Of a stretch of DNA of 64,000 bases, positions 43,522 to 52,894 are shown piece after piece. A program made the position numbers and the translations under genes. Under the pieces are notes generated by a model. That model saw only the letters and a program-made list of their open reading frames with translations, had not been told where the DNA came from and searched no databases. This DNA comes from Longimicrobiales bacterium (GTDB taxonomy: Bacteria; Gemmatimonadota; Gemmatimonadetes; Longimicrobiales; Gaopeijiaceae): contig CBDAON010000004.1 of the NCBI GenBank assembly GCA_965198065.1, positions 2,805,022-2,869,021 of the forward strand, read 5' to 3'. How positions within the stretch are numbered: the first letter of the stretch is position 1; every line of letters starts with the position of its first letter.

Positions 43522-46500
43522 TCACAAGTCCACTTCCGCGTCTGGATCGCCAGCAGCGAGTGCGCTCGTCCAGGCGAGGCACAGATCACGGGACCGGTAG
43601 GTGCCGTATGCGGCTTTCTCTTCTCGTTCGCCGATGGGGAACGTTGAGTAGATGTACCGAATGTCGTCGCGATCGGTAACGCCGTAGAGGTGGAAGTACA
43701 GCGCATCGAGCTTGGCGCGCAGGTTGAGGCGGCGATCGTCGTCCCACCGGAAGGGCGGCAGGACTTTGCCGTGCTCGTTCACATGGCCCATTTCACGCGC
43801 GAAAGGTGCCATGTCATGCGCTGCATACGTCAGTTCCAGCACCGCCTCGCGAATGATCTCCTCCGCTGTCTTCGGTCCAAACGACACGGCCTGATACCGC
43901 TCCAGCGGCACGACGGGGAGTTGTTCGACGATATACCAATTGAGATGCGTGCTCTGGACTTTCTGGCGAGCTACGAAATCGAGGACAGCAGCCCCAAGAT
44001 TGGCTAGAAGCAGGAAGGTGTTTGCGGACTCGGAATCCCCGCCTTCAGGAAAGATCGCGGGCAGAGTATTGCCGAGGCCGACTGCCGGGATTGCGGCAGC
44101 AATCATGGTCCTCGCGTCCGTCACACGGGCGATGTCACGGAAGGCAATGGTCCAACTGAGATTGCCTGGGAATGATATCTTCTTCCTCGGCACCCAGTAT
44201 TGCGGTGTTGGAACGAATGCCGGATCGGCCTTGCGTTCGGCGCCGACGTCGTCGCTCAGGGCAGGATTGTGGAGGTTCTCCTCGTTCATGTGGACCGAGG
44301 CAGCTCGGTGGTCGAATTGGTGGATCATGCGACCCACATAGAGCGGCACCCATTCCCCGGATGGGCTATCGAAACGGTTCCCCCCGATCGGCCAGGCACC
44401 TTCCTTCTCCTCCAGTTCCGGGCGGGTGCGGAACAGCTCGGAGTCGTTGGTCATATCGAACATCCGAGTGTACTTCACTGGCCATGTCTTCACCTCCTCA
44501 CCTGACGAGCGGTCGACCAACACCGGCAGGCGGTCGTAGATCGCGGTCGTGAGTTCCGCGTCACGCTGAGAGCGGAAGATCGGTGCCGTGCCGGTGTTTG
44601 GATTGACTCGGGCGAAGTCCGCGGCAGACAGTGGAAAGCACCGCTCCGGGTCTTCGAGTTCCGACACGTTCTGTAGGAAGAATGCGCAGCGGGCAGGTTC
44701 GTCCCAAGGTGCTGGGCTGGCGACGAAAGCGCAGAACTTGAAGCGGCTGTCCACATCGGCGAAGAACGGTGGCAAGTCGTATCGCGTCCGGCGGTTCTCG
44801 AAATCGTAGAGCGCCTTGAGCCTGTCCTCCGTAGCCACGCTCTTGAAGAACGGGGCCGCCGTCCAGTCTGATGCAATGCCGGATGGCACCAGCAGCCCAA
44901 CCATGCCATCGGGCTTCACCAGCGTCATGGCGTGTTCGACGAACAGCGAGTAGAGGTTGAGGTCGCCCCGTGCCAGCAGCGGATAGTCTCCCGATGTCCG
45001 GGCAACCCGCGCGGCGGCCGCCGCCCGCTCGCTTGCCAGCCGGAAGTCCCGGGCCAGCGGGTCTCCCGCCTTCTCGAGCGCGGCAATCATGCCCTTGCGG
45101 TCGGCGGCTCGCGGAGCCATGGCGATCTCGCGGCGGCGTGCCGCGAACCATTCGACCTGTTGCAGCTTCATCCGGTCCCAGGGCGGATTGCCGATCACGG
45201 CGTCGAAGCCGCCCGTCAACTCCGTGGCCTCCCATTCCGACCACACACCCGGGAAGGCGACCTGCCAGTTCAGGAACCGCTCGCTCGCGACGAGTTCCAG
45301 CGCAACCGTCAGAATGCCATCGGCCTCCGCCGAGCCGGACAGCCCCGTCTGGGCGATGTCGATCGGATTGCCGGACGTACCCTGTAGCCAATTCAGATAC
45401 GCGGCTTTGACCTCGCGTCTTCGAAGACCCAACCAGTCGAACGCGTGAAGCAGCGACATGAAGGCGTCCAAAGGAGCGGTCATCTCCGAGATTTCGGCGA
45501 ATATGTCGGCGGAGCGATGCGCTTCGGCGATCTCGGCATCCGTCAGCCCCTCGATGATCTGCATGGGCGCCGCCGCGCGCGTGGCTCGCTCGAGCGGCTC
45601 CCTCAGGAACAGACTGCTCGTCTCCTCCGTCCTGTGGACGGCGGGCGCCACCCAGGTGCCGAACAGGCTGTCGCCGCAGCGCAGGTGATGATCTAGAAAG
45701 CTGAGCGGCGCCCCGACAGTGAAGGTGTGGAGCCACAGCGACACCTTGGTCAACTCCACCGCCATCGGGTTCTTGTCCACGCCGTAGACACAGCGTTTGA
45801 GCACCATGCGGCGGACGATGTGCCGGTCGTCGAGCTGAGCCGGATCGAACGTCCAGCCACGGTCCTCGGCGTTGGCCATGATCGTGTTGCGGATCCCATC
45901 GATCCGCTCCACCAACGGCGATAGGTATCCCTCCACAAGCGCTTCGGCCTCGGCCATGGCCTCGATGACGCGGTCGGCGAGGTAGTCCACGAGGTTGACC
46001 AGGAAGTGTCCGGAGCCCATCGCCGGATCGCAGACCTTCAACTCAAGCAGTTTCTCCGCCGGGTCGAGCTGCTTCAGGCGGCCCATGCGGCGGTCCTCCG
46101 GCACCTGGCTTGACGGGATATCCTCCGCCTTGGCGGCGAACGCCTCCATGCGCGAGTCCGCGAGCGGTCCGACCGTCTCCCGCACGATCAGGTCAACCAG
46201 ATCGTCGGGCGTGTAGTAGCTGCCCGAGTCCTTGCGCGCGAACACGTTCGGACGGACCACGATGTTCCCATCCTCGCGAACGACCTCCCGTTCGAGCAGC
46301 CGCTCGTAGATCGAGCCGAGTTGCTGGACCCCGAGATCCCGGTAGTTGATGTACCGCCGCCTCGGGCCATTTCGCTCGAACGAAAGCGCATCGATCACGT
46401 CGGCCATCACCGTGTCGCCCAGCCGAACACGGGAGAGCAGGGGAGTGCGGTCGCGGTCGAACAACCCGCCGTTGTAGGGCGGCAGGCCGATAGAGGCATC

Positions 46501-47580
46501 ACCCGCATCGATGGCGCGGCATAGGTCGTCGAACGCCGACCAGTAGCGCGCCGCCGATGCCGAGAACACGTCGCCCTGGTCCTTGCGGCGGCCGATGTCG
46601 CCGCGCACCCGGTCCCGGAGCGCGTAGTCGTCGTAGCGGCTGTCGCGTACCGGCAGGAGATCGCGGTCTTCGGCGTAAAGCACGAAGAGAAGCCTGTAGA
46701 GCAAGACCAACGCTGCGTCGCGCACTTCGGGCAACGGGGCTTCGGGATCTGCCTTGGCCAGTGCCCGAACAAAGTCCGGGAAGACTTGCTCGAAGACCAA
46801 GACGGACAGGCTGCCGGCGACCCTTTCTTGATGGAAGCGTCCTTCCTCGATCGCCCGCTCGTGAAACGTTCGCTCGTCCGCCGCGTCGGGAAGGAAGGCA
46901 TCCCGCCGGAACACCAGCCAGAACACCCTGAGCCAGTGTCTCCGGACATCGGCCGGGATGGCGTCGTGGCCATCGCCCGGCATCCCGAGAACCGCCGCCA
47001 GATCAAGCTCGAAGAACTGTTCGGCGACCGAGCGCGCGCCCGCGTAGTACAGACGCCAGCGGGCGCCGTTCGTCAGAATGCCCCACCGGAGCTTGCCGGT
47101 GGTCTGGTCGTCGATGCGGCGGAGGTAGCGCAGCATCTGCGTCGAGGGCGCGGACTCCTCGCCCCGCCGCCCGGAGCGACGGTCCAGCGGTCGAAGCCAC
47201 CGTTTCGACTCGACCACCGCCAGGCCGTGCTCGTAGCGCTTCCACTCCTCGGCGAAGCGGTTCGCCCGGTCCTTCGAGGCGCCGTCGGCGAACAGCAAGC
47301 CGTCCGGCACGTCTTCGCGTCCGCGCGCCGAGAGGTTCTGCTGCCTGAGGCTGGCTGTCCAGCCGAGCCGCGCCAACACCGGCCAGATCAGGTCATCCTC
47401 GGTCTGGCTCTCGTTGGGCGACAGAGCCGTCGGGAAGCGGTTGAACAGGCCACGCAACGCGGCCTCGAGGTCTGCGAGTCCCTCGTCGGCCAAGTCCCGC
47501 CAGTCCCGAAGCTCGGCGATCGTTTCTCGAAGGAAGTCCTCGGCGAACAGGCTCCCCTCGAATGGCCGGACCATCGTCAT
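43522..47580 (-). CDS. type IIG (Eco57I-like) fused restriction-modification enzyme
   Basis: N-terminal VPD...VVESK nuclease motif, GSYYTP, CDPAMGSGHFL, IGNPPW, C-terminal specificity region. Confidence 0.88.
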   Translation of the reverse strand: MTMVRPFEGSLFAEDFLRETIAELRDWRDLADEGLADLEAALRGLFNRFPTALSPNESQTEDDLIWPVLARLGWTASLRQQNLSARGREDVPDGLLFADGASKDRANRFAEEWKRYEHGLAVVESKRWLRPLDRRSGRRGEESAPSTQMLRYLRRIDDQTTGKLRWGILTNGARWRLYYAGARSVAEQFFELDLAAVLGMPGDGHDAIPADVRRHWLRVFWLVFRRDAFLPDAADERTFHERAIEEGRFHQERVAGSLSVLVFEQVFPDFVRALAKADPEAPLPEVRDAALVLLYRLLFVLYAEDRDLLPVRDSRYDDYALRDRVRGDIGRRKDQGDVFSASAARYWSAFDDLCRAIDAGDASIGLPPYNGGLFDRDRTPLLSRVRLGDTVMADVIDALSFERNGPRRRYINYRDLGVQQLGSIYERLLEREVVREDGNIVVRPNVFARKDSGSYYTPDDLVDLIVRETVGPLADSRMEAFAAKAEDIPSSQVPEDRRMGRLKQLDPAEKLLELKVCDPAMGSGHFLVNLVDYLADRVIEAMAEAEALVEGYLSPLVERIDGIRNTIMANAEDRGWTFDPAQLDDRHIVRRMVLKRCVYGVDKNPMAVELTKVSLWLHTFTVGAPLSFLDHHLRCGDSLFGTWVAPAVHRTEETSSLFLREPLERATRAAAPMQIIEGLTDAEIAEAHRSADIFAEISEMTAPLDAFMSLLHAFDWLGLRRREVKAAYLNWLQGTSGNPIDIAQTGLSGSAEADGILTVALELVASERFLNWQVAFPGVWSEWEATELTGGFDAVIGNPPWDRMKLQQVEWFAARRREIAMAPRAADRKGMIAALEKAGDPLARDFRLASERAAAAARVARTSGDYPLLARGDLNLYSLFVEHAMTLVKPDGMVGLLVPSGIASDWTAAPFFKSVATEDRLKALYDFENRRTRYDLPPFFADVDSRFKFCAFVASPAPWDEPARCAFFLQNVSELEDPERCFPLSAADFARVNPNTGTAPIFRSQRDAELTTAIYDRLPVLVDRSSGEEVKTWPVKYTRMFDMTNDSELFRTRPELEEKEGAWPIGGNRFDSPSGEWVPLYVGRMIHQFDHRAASVHMNEENLHNPALSDDVGAERKADPAFVPTPQYWVPRKKISFPGNLSWTIAFRDIARVTDARTMIAAAIPAVGLGNTLPAIFPEGGDSESANTFLLLANLGAAVLDFVARQKVQSTHLNWYIVEQLPVVPLERYQAVSFGPKTAEEIIREAVLELTYAAHDMAPFAREMGHVNEHGKVLPPFRWDDDRRLNLRAKLDALYFHLYGVTDRDDIRYIYSTFPIGEREEKAAYGTYRSRDLCLAWTSALAAGDPDAEVDL

Positions 47581-47934
47581 CCGAGACCTCCAAAGCCCAA
47601 CAGCCCCGAGTCAGCTTGGTCGAGCAGCGCAATCCTTAGTATTGTCCAATCCTCCTCTGACAGTGATCCGGCCCGTGCATCCAAACTAGCTCCCACCGCG
47701 CTCGAGCGCGCCTCGTCGAAAGCCCACCCGAGCCTGCGAGCGAAGCGTCGCTTACGCTCGTCGGGAAGCTGACGGAGGTGCCGTCGCCGGAGGCCGGTCC
47801 GACTCCGGGACGGCGCTGGAACCCTTGGGAAATCGTCTTGATTCAGGCGGTTGACACCGCCCGAACGGGCCCTCTCTGTGTACAGTATGGAGATTCCGAC
47901 GACCCAGGATTCCCGGCGCCGGGAGCTGTCTCAC

Positions 47935-47970
47935 ACCCTTAAGGTGCGTAAGCCAGCCGACGCAGTGTTG
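47935..47970 (-). other. candidate oriT (ColE1-like nic)
   Basis: Minus strand CTGGCTTA at 47949-47956 matches the ColE1-type nic core and lies ~140 bp upstream of mobC. Confidence 0.6.
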
Positions 47971-48091
47971 AACACTGCGGCCTGGCAAGGGGGACGCTGC
48001 GCCCCCCTAGAACCCCCGGCTTCCCGCGCCGCTGAGCAATCAGCGGACGGGCGCGCGAGGCCGCGCCCGGAACCCCATCGCCGGTGCGCCC

Positions 48092-48430
48092 GTGCCTGAG
48101 CGCCGCACCGTGATGATCGCCGCGCGCGTCACGCCTGCGGAACACGCCGCCTGGCGGGAGAAGGCGGCCGCAGCGGGCGTGTCGCCGTCCGAGTTGTTGC
48201 GGCGAGCGATGGCGCAAACGCGGACGTGGACCGCGCCGGCACGCGCCGTCGAGCGTGATCGCACCCGCCAGATCGCGCGCATCGGAAACAACCTGAACCA
48301 GCTCGCGCGCTGGGCCAACACCCACGCCTCGACGGCCGAAGCCGTCTCGGTGATCGCCCACCTCGTCTCCTTCGAGCGCTCGCTGCTCCGTCTGGCCCAC
48401 ATCGGCGAGGACGGCGGCGATGCACCTTAA
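48092..48430 (+). CDS. mobC: MobC relaxosome accessory protein
   Basis: RHH-like N-terminus and ARIGNNLNQLAR. Confidence 0.9.
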   Translation: MPERRTVMIAARVTPAEHAAWREKAAAAGVSPSELLRRAMAQTRTWTAPARAVERDRTRQIARIGNNLNQLARWANTHASTAEAVSVIAHLVSFERSLLRLAHIGEDGGDAP

Positions 48431-49943
48431 GTTCCTGCCCCACGGAAAGGGCTCGGCCCGCGCGGCGGTCGAGTATCTCGTCGGCGAGCGGGACGCGGCG
48501 GGACACGAGCGCGAGGGCGTCGAAGTCCTGCGCGGCAACCCGGACATGGTGGCCGTCGTCGCCGACTCGCTCGACTTCGAGCGCAAGTACAGGTCGGCCG
48601 TGATCGCGTGGGCGCCGGACGACCGGCCGACCGACGAGCAGATCGAAACCGTCCTCGACGAGTTCGAGAAGACCGCGTGGGCCGGACTGGAGCCGGACCG
48701 CTACGCGTGGACGGCGGTTCTTCACCGCGAGCGCGGTGGCGGCGTCCACGCACACGTCCTCGCCGCGCAGTGCGACCTCCAGACGGGTCGCAGTCTGAAC
48801 ATCGCGCCGCCCGGATGGCAGAAGACGTTTGATCCGCTTCGCGACGCCTTCAACCACGAGCACGGCTGGAGCCGGCCGGACGACCCGGCGCGCGCGAGGG
48901 CGCAACGGCCGGGCCATGTGGCCTACATCGAGGCGTCGAAGCTGCGGGCCGGACTCGAACACGAGGCGGACCCGCGCACACTGATCCGCGACTACCTGGT
49001 GCAGCGCGTCGAGCACGGCGCGGTCAAGGGCCGCGCCGACGTGGTTTCCGCGCTGGAGGACGTGGGGCTGGAGGTGCCGCGCCAGGGCAAGGACTACATC
49101 ACCGCCCGCGATCCCGACAGCGGGAAACGGTGGCGGCTGAAGGGAGAACTGTATGAGCAAGACTTCGAGCCCGAACGACTTGACTTCCCGGCTGCGGCAG
49201 CGGCTGGAGGCCGACCGGCAACGGATCGAAGAGACGGCCGCGCGAGAGCTCGCGCGGCTCGGCGAGAGCTTGAGCGCCGTCGCAAGCGGCGCGCTGCGTT
49301 CCATCGAGGCCGATACGGAGGAAGCGACCGGGCGGATGCGCGAGTTGCTGATGAAGGCCTGGCTCCGGCCGCTGGTGGTCGGCATGAGCCTCTTCCTCGG
49401 TATCTGCGGCGGCAGCTGGGCGACGATGCACTGGCTGTCGAGGAGCATCCACGACCGGATCGAGACCTTGGGGGAGTTGGACGTTCGAACCGAGTGGGCG
49501 CGCACGATGCTGGCCGAGATCGAGGAGACGACCTGGGGCGTGGAGTTGCTGGAGAGCAGCGGGGACCGGTACGTGTCGCTGCCCGCCGGCACGCCGATCC
49601 GTCCGGCCTTCACCGTGAACGGGCGGCCCTACTTGAAGCTGTCGAGAGAGTGAGGAGGGAGCTGCGTGACCGATTTGGAACGGCAGTTGACGACCGCTTT
49701 GGAGAGGTTGTCCGCGCAGTACGAAACGGAACAGCGGCGGCACTCCGAACAGGTCGAAGCCTTGCGGCGGCAGGTCGTGGCCTTGCAGCGGCAAGTCGAG
49801 CGGCTGAGCGGGCGGGTGACGGACTTGACCGGATACTCCGGGACGTACGGCGCAGGGCCAAGCGGCAGGTGGAGATGACGAGGCGGCTGGTGGAAATGAC
49901 GAGGCGGCGCGGGCCGGACCGGGATCATGGTCCCAGCCGGTAG
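48420..49943 (+). CDS. MbeA/MobA-like relaxase (MOB_P)
   Basis: KFLPHGKGS...EYL, KYRSAVIAW, LHRE...VHAHV. Confidence 0.88.
   Translation: MHLKFLPHGKGSARAAVEYLVGERDAAGHEREGVEVLRGNPDMVAVVADSLDFERKYRSAVIAWAPDDRPTDEQIETVLDEFEKTAWAGLEPDRYAWTAVLHRERGGGVHAHVLAAQCDLQTGRSLNIAPPGWQKTFDPLRDAFNHEHGWSRPDDPARARAQRPGHVAYIEASKLRAGLEHEADPRTLIRDYLVQRVEHGAVKGRADVVSALEDVGLEVPRQGKDYITARDPDSGKRWRLKGELYEQDFEPERLDFPAAAAAGGRPATDRRDGRARARAARRELERRRKRRAAFHRGRYGGSDRADARVADEGLAPAAGGRHEPLPRYLRRQLGDDALAVEEHPRPDRDLGGVGRSNRVGAHDAGRDRGDDLGRGVAGEQRGPVRVAARRHADPSGLHRERAALLEAVERVRRELRDRFGTAVDDRFGEVVRAVRNGTAAALRTGRSLAAAGRGLAAASRAAERAGDGLDRILRDVRRRAKRQVEMTRRLVEMTRRRGPDRDHGPSR
49153..49653 (+). CDS. MbeB-like mobilization protein, overprinted in the relaxase
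   Basis: Coiled-coil, a single TM (WLRPLVVGMSL...) and TWGVEL. Position matches the ColE1 layout. Confidence 0.7.
   Translation: MSKTSSPNDLTSRLRQRLEADRQRIEETAARELARLGESLSAVASGALRSIEADTEEATGRMRELLMKAWLRPLVVGMSLFLGICGGSWATMHWLSRSIHDRIETLGELDVRTEWARTMLAEIEETTWGVELLESSGDRYVSLPAGTPIRPAFTVNGRPYLKLSRE
49666..49878 (+). CDS. MbeD/MobD-like protein, overprinted in the relaxase
   Basis: MTDLERQLTTALERL...QVERLSGRV coiled-coil with a GAGGAGG RBS-like tract upstream. Confidence 0.7.
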   Translation: MTDLERQLTTALERLSAQYETEQRRHSEQVEALRRQVVALQRQVERLSGRVTDLTGYSGTYGAGPSGRWR

Positions 49944-50002
49944 AGGAGTCCCAGCACCGGGAATCGGTCGGACGCTACCAGCATCGACGGAGGTCTTGGG
50001 CG

Positions 50003-51781
50003 CTATTGAACCGGCTCGAACTGTCCGAAGTACTCGGCGACGTTGCCGCTTATCTCGACGTTGAGCCTCTCGTCCAGAGAGTAGTTATCGAATAGCCAAT
50101 TCAGCGCTTCGTAATGACGGTCCACGAAATCAAGCAGGTCAGGACCAAAGCTGACGACCCCCGGCCTCACCGGCGTGACCGAACACAGGCAGGATGCGAT
50201 TACTCCCAGGGTCACTCCGTCCGTGGAAAGGAAATGGAACCAATAGGGAAATGCGTCGTCCAGCTTGGCGCAGAAGCGCCGCACCTCCGGGATGTCGCGT
50301 AGTTCTCGCGGGTCGTTGGAGTAACCGAGAAAGGCCAAATCCAAGCGCCCCCGATACCGTTCGACGGTGTCCCTGTCAGCGAGCACACGCGACAGGGTTG
50401 CGGCCGTACCGGACACGTCGAGGGCTTCCACTTCTGAGCGGTCTACGACCACATGGAGCCAGTCGGCATCCAAGTCTCCCCGGGACCCTATTTCAGCAGC
50501 TTCGTCGGTTATCCAGTCGCCCGATATGGGAGGGGAAATGATGTGGCTCCCCTCCGTGAGCGCTCGAACCCGCTCATGCGTAGTCGGGTCTGGCGCGTTC
50601 CCGGTTGCGGTTGGATCGTACACCACCGTCTTCCCCGTACGAAGGCCGAATCGGCTACGTGGGAACACACCGTGCTTGTGGGCGACCGAGAAGATATTCT
50701 CCAGCGCCTCCACGCAGCTATCCTCGGTAGGCTGGAAGAACGTAAGCTGTTGAAACTCCGTATGATCCAGAAGCAGGCAGGGAGTGCCCGTCTCGTCGAA
50801 CACGGAAAGGACAAGTGGGCTACAGTCTGGTCGGTCAGGGTCGAACAGCTCTTTGACGATGACGAGCCCGAAGACATCGCGGCCGAAGATGGACACCCGA
50901 CGGCGCTTCCCCTCGGTGATGATCTCGATGGACTGGCCAGATCGAAGGTGATTGATGGACCCCTTCAACTGAGCGGTCGCCTTCCTGACATGCTTGACGG
51001 CAGTGGCCCTCTTCCGACCGATCTCCCGTGTCAGTCCCGACTCCGTGCTTGGACTGTCCTTGGCCTGAATCAGCAGTAGGGTCTTGGTCGTTGCGACCAG
51101 GACGTCTACGAATTCCCGTCCGTTGTCGGCGCGAATCGGGTTCTTGAAGACATGGGCACCTCCGAACGGGCGATGGAGGGACGTGGCTATGTCGGGCTCG
51201 TTGAGATCGCCTGGGCTGGCGACGTGCTCAGCCAAGTTGTCGGGGAACAGCCGCTCCCGCAGGTGGATAGTGAACGCAGTGGCGTCGTCCGTCGGCGAGC
51301 GAGCGCCAAACCAGGATTGCATCGCGTCGAGGACCTGGCGCGCTGCGTTGAGGGTTGGCGACACGAAGCGAATCGCATCCGAGAGCACGCGAAAGCGATG
51401 AGCGTCCGGGTTCTCAACTCGGAAGCCGAGCAGTTCCCGATTATGCTCGTCGAAGAAGTGGACGTAGAAGGAGTCCGACGAGAGCAGCCCCACCAAGTCT
51501 CGCGAGATCTCCTCGTTGATGAGCGGCGTCCGGATGACGAGCGGTTCATCGTGGTCGTCGAAGAAGGCGGTCACCACACCATAGGTAGCCACGCCGTCGG
51601 CTTGGACAGGAACCAGGTAGAAGCGGAATTCTCCGCGCAGTCTGGCCGTTTGAGCCACCTCTCGCGAGGCCTTCACGACGAGAATCACTCGTGAGTCGCC
51701 AACGCGGCGAATTGGCAAGAGGCCGACCGGCATGTCCACGAGCCAGTCCAGAACCTCCGGGTTTGTGATGGTGAGCTGCAT
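50003..51781 (-). CDS. putative nuclease fused to a CRR6-like domain
   Basis: EFVDVLV...LIQAKD PD-(D/E)XK-like core and C-terminal GYSNDPRELRDIPEVRRF...FPYWFHFL. Confidence 0.55.
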   Translation of the reverse strand: MQLTITNPEVLDWLVDMPVGLLPIRRVGDSRVILVVKASREVAQTARLRGEFRFYLVPVQADGVATYGVVTAFFDDHDEPLVIRTPLINEEISRDLVGLLSSDSFYVHFFDEHNRELLGFRVENPDAHRFRVLSDAIRFVSPTLNAARQVLDAMQSWFGARSPTDDATAFTIHLRERLFPDNLAEHVASPGDLNEPDIATSLHRPFGGAHVFKNPIRADNGREFVDVLVATTKTLLLIQAKDSPSTESGLTREIGRKRATAVKHVRKATAQLKGSINHLRSGQSIEIITEGKRRRVSIFGRDVFGLVIVKELFDPDRPDCSPLVLSVFDETGTPCLLLDHTEFQQLTFFQPTEDSCVEALENIFSVAHKHGVFPRSRFGLRTGKTVVYDPTATGNAPDPTTHERVRALTEGSHIISPPISGDWITDEAAEIGSRGDLDADWLHVVVDRSEVEALDVSGTAATLSRVLADRDTVERYRGRLDLAFLGYSNDPRELRDIPEVRRFCAKLDDAFPYWFHFLSTDGVTLGVIASCLCSVTPVRPGVVSFGPDLLDFVDRHYEALNWLFDNYSLDERLNVEISGNVAEYFGQFEPVQ

Positions 51782-52009
51782 CAGGGAACCCCCCAGAGGG
51801 TGGCCTAGCGTGTCGGGAAGGAACGTTGGAGTGGAGCCTTGTAACAAGCTTTGCGGAGGTTCTCCCTACGATCAAGGTAGGCCTCTCCGGTCGCGCCAAA
51901 CGTGAGCCTCGGCAGGGTCAGGCGCTCTACAGCAGCCGGCTAACGTGAGATGCGTTGACGGCCTTGCAGCGGTGTGTCCCCTACTCGATCTCCCCAGCCC
52001 TGCGCCGGT

Positions 52010-52166
52010 CTAGATAGTAGGCCCAGTCGTCCATGAGCCGACGCCGGCGCTCGAACAGGTCCGTGCGCCGATAGGCCGCCTCGACCCCTGCTTTGGACCA
52101 TGTGAGCCCGGGGCCGGCTCGATGACCTCGCGCGGATGATCCGTCTCACCTCGGCCGCCCAGTCCC
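52010..52166 (-). pseudogene. degenerate duplicate of the integrase 3' end
   Basis: Aligns with ~52920-53060 (DWAAE...VEAAYRRTDLFERRRRLMDDWA). Confidence 0.8.
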
Positions 52167-52235
52167 AGCGGCGTTGCGGCGTCCACTGGGGAGGATACGG
52201 GCCACTCATTGAGGAGGGGACGGGATGCGCGTTGA

Positions 52236-52808
52236 TCAGTTTCCAGTTGCAGGGTGCGCGGGCGGATGGATTGTTGCAGTCTTATCTCGTATATGCTTTG
52301 AGGCGTGTTGTTCATAGACGGCAATCGCATCGTTTACATCGTCAGTTCGAACGAATTCATCGCTCCGGCCTTCTCTCTTGGATGCGGCCTCCATCAAGCG
52401 ATAGACAAGGCCTTGTACGACTTTGGTGAAGTAGATTGTACGACGGATGAAATCCAAAAGGAGTTCTTCGCCGTCCGCACGCCTCTCAATTCCTTTAGGC
52501 GGATTAACAAAGACGCGATGGTAGTTGTGCACGATCAGATTACGGGCATCGATCAGCCCATCTAACTCGACTGAATCAATCAGGAATGCATCTCCGAATA
52601 CTTTCACGATCCGACCTAGCGTGGCTTTTTGTTCTGCCAAATCGCCCCGTAGGAATTTTTCGGGATTCAAATCCCTGAAATGACGATCCTTTTTTGCCGC
52701 ATCGGTGTGCGCGGCGTGTGCAGCAATCCCATAGAGGGCAAATTCCAATCCTTGACTCAGGTAAACCGCGCGGCCGATAAGGCAGATTTCTGTTTCCCTT
52801 ATCTTCAT
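52236..52808 (-). CDS. hypothetical protein with a HEPN-like RxxxxH motif
   Basis: TLG...RNLIVH in a helical protein, low GC. Confidence 0.5.
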   Translation of the reverse strand: MKIRETEICLIGRAVYLSQGLEFALYGIAAHAAHTDAAKKDRHFRDLNPEKFLRGDLAEQKATLGRIVKVFGDAFLIDSVELDGLIDARNLIVHNYHRVFVNPPKGIERRADGEELLLDFIRRTIYFTKVVQGLVYRLMEAASKREGRSDEFVRTDDVNDAIAVYEQHASKHIRDKTATIHPPAHPATGN

Positions 52809-52894
52809 CTCCGGCTCCCAGGGTCCGGTTTCAGATCCTGCTATAGGCAGCAGGGCTCCTTCCACAAGTGAGGATAGTGTACGGCCGTGCAACC

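Noticed and set aside
43522..47580. BREX or DISARM system
   Set aside because: No partner genes (pglZ, brxC, drmA/B, helicase) nearby. A standalone type IIG enzyme is the simpler call.
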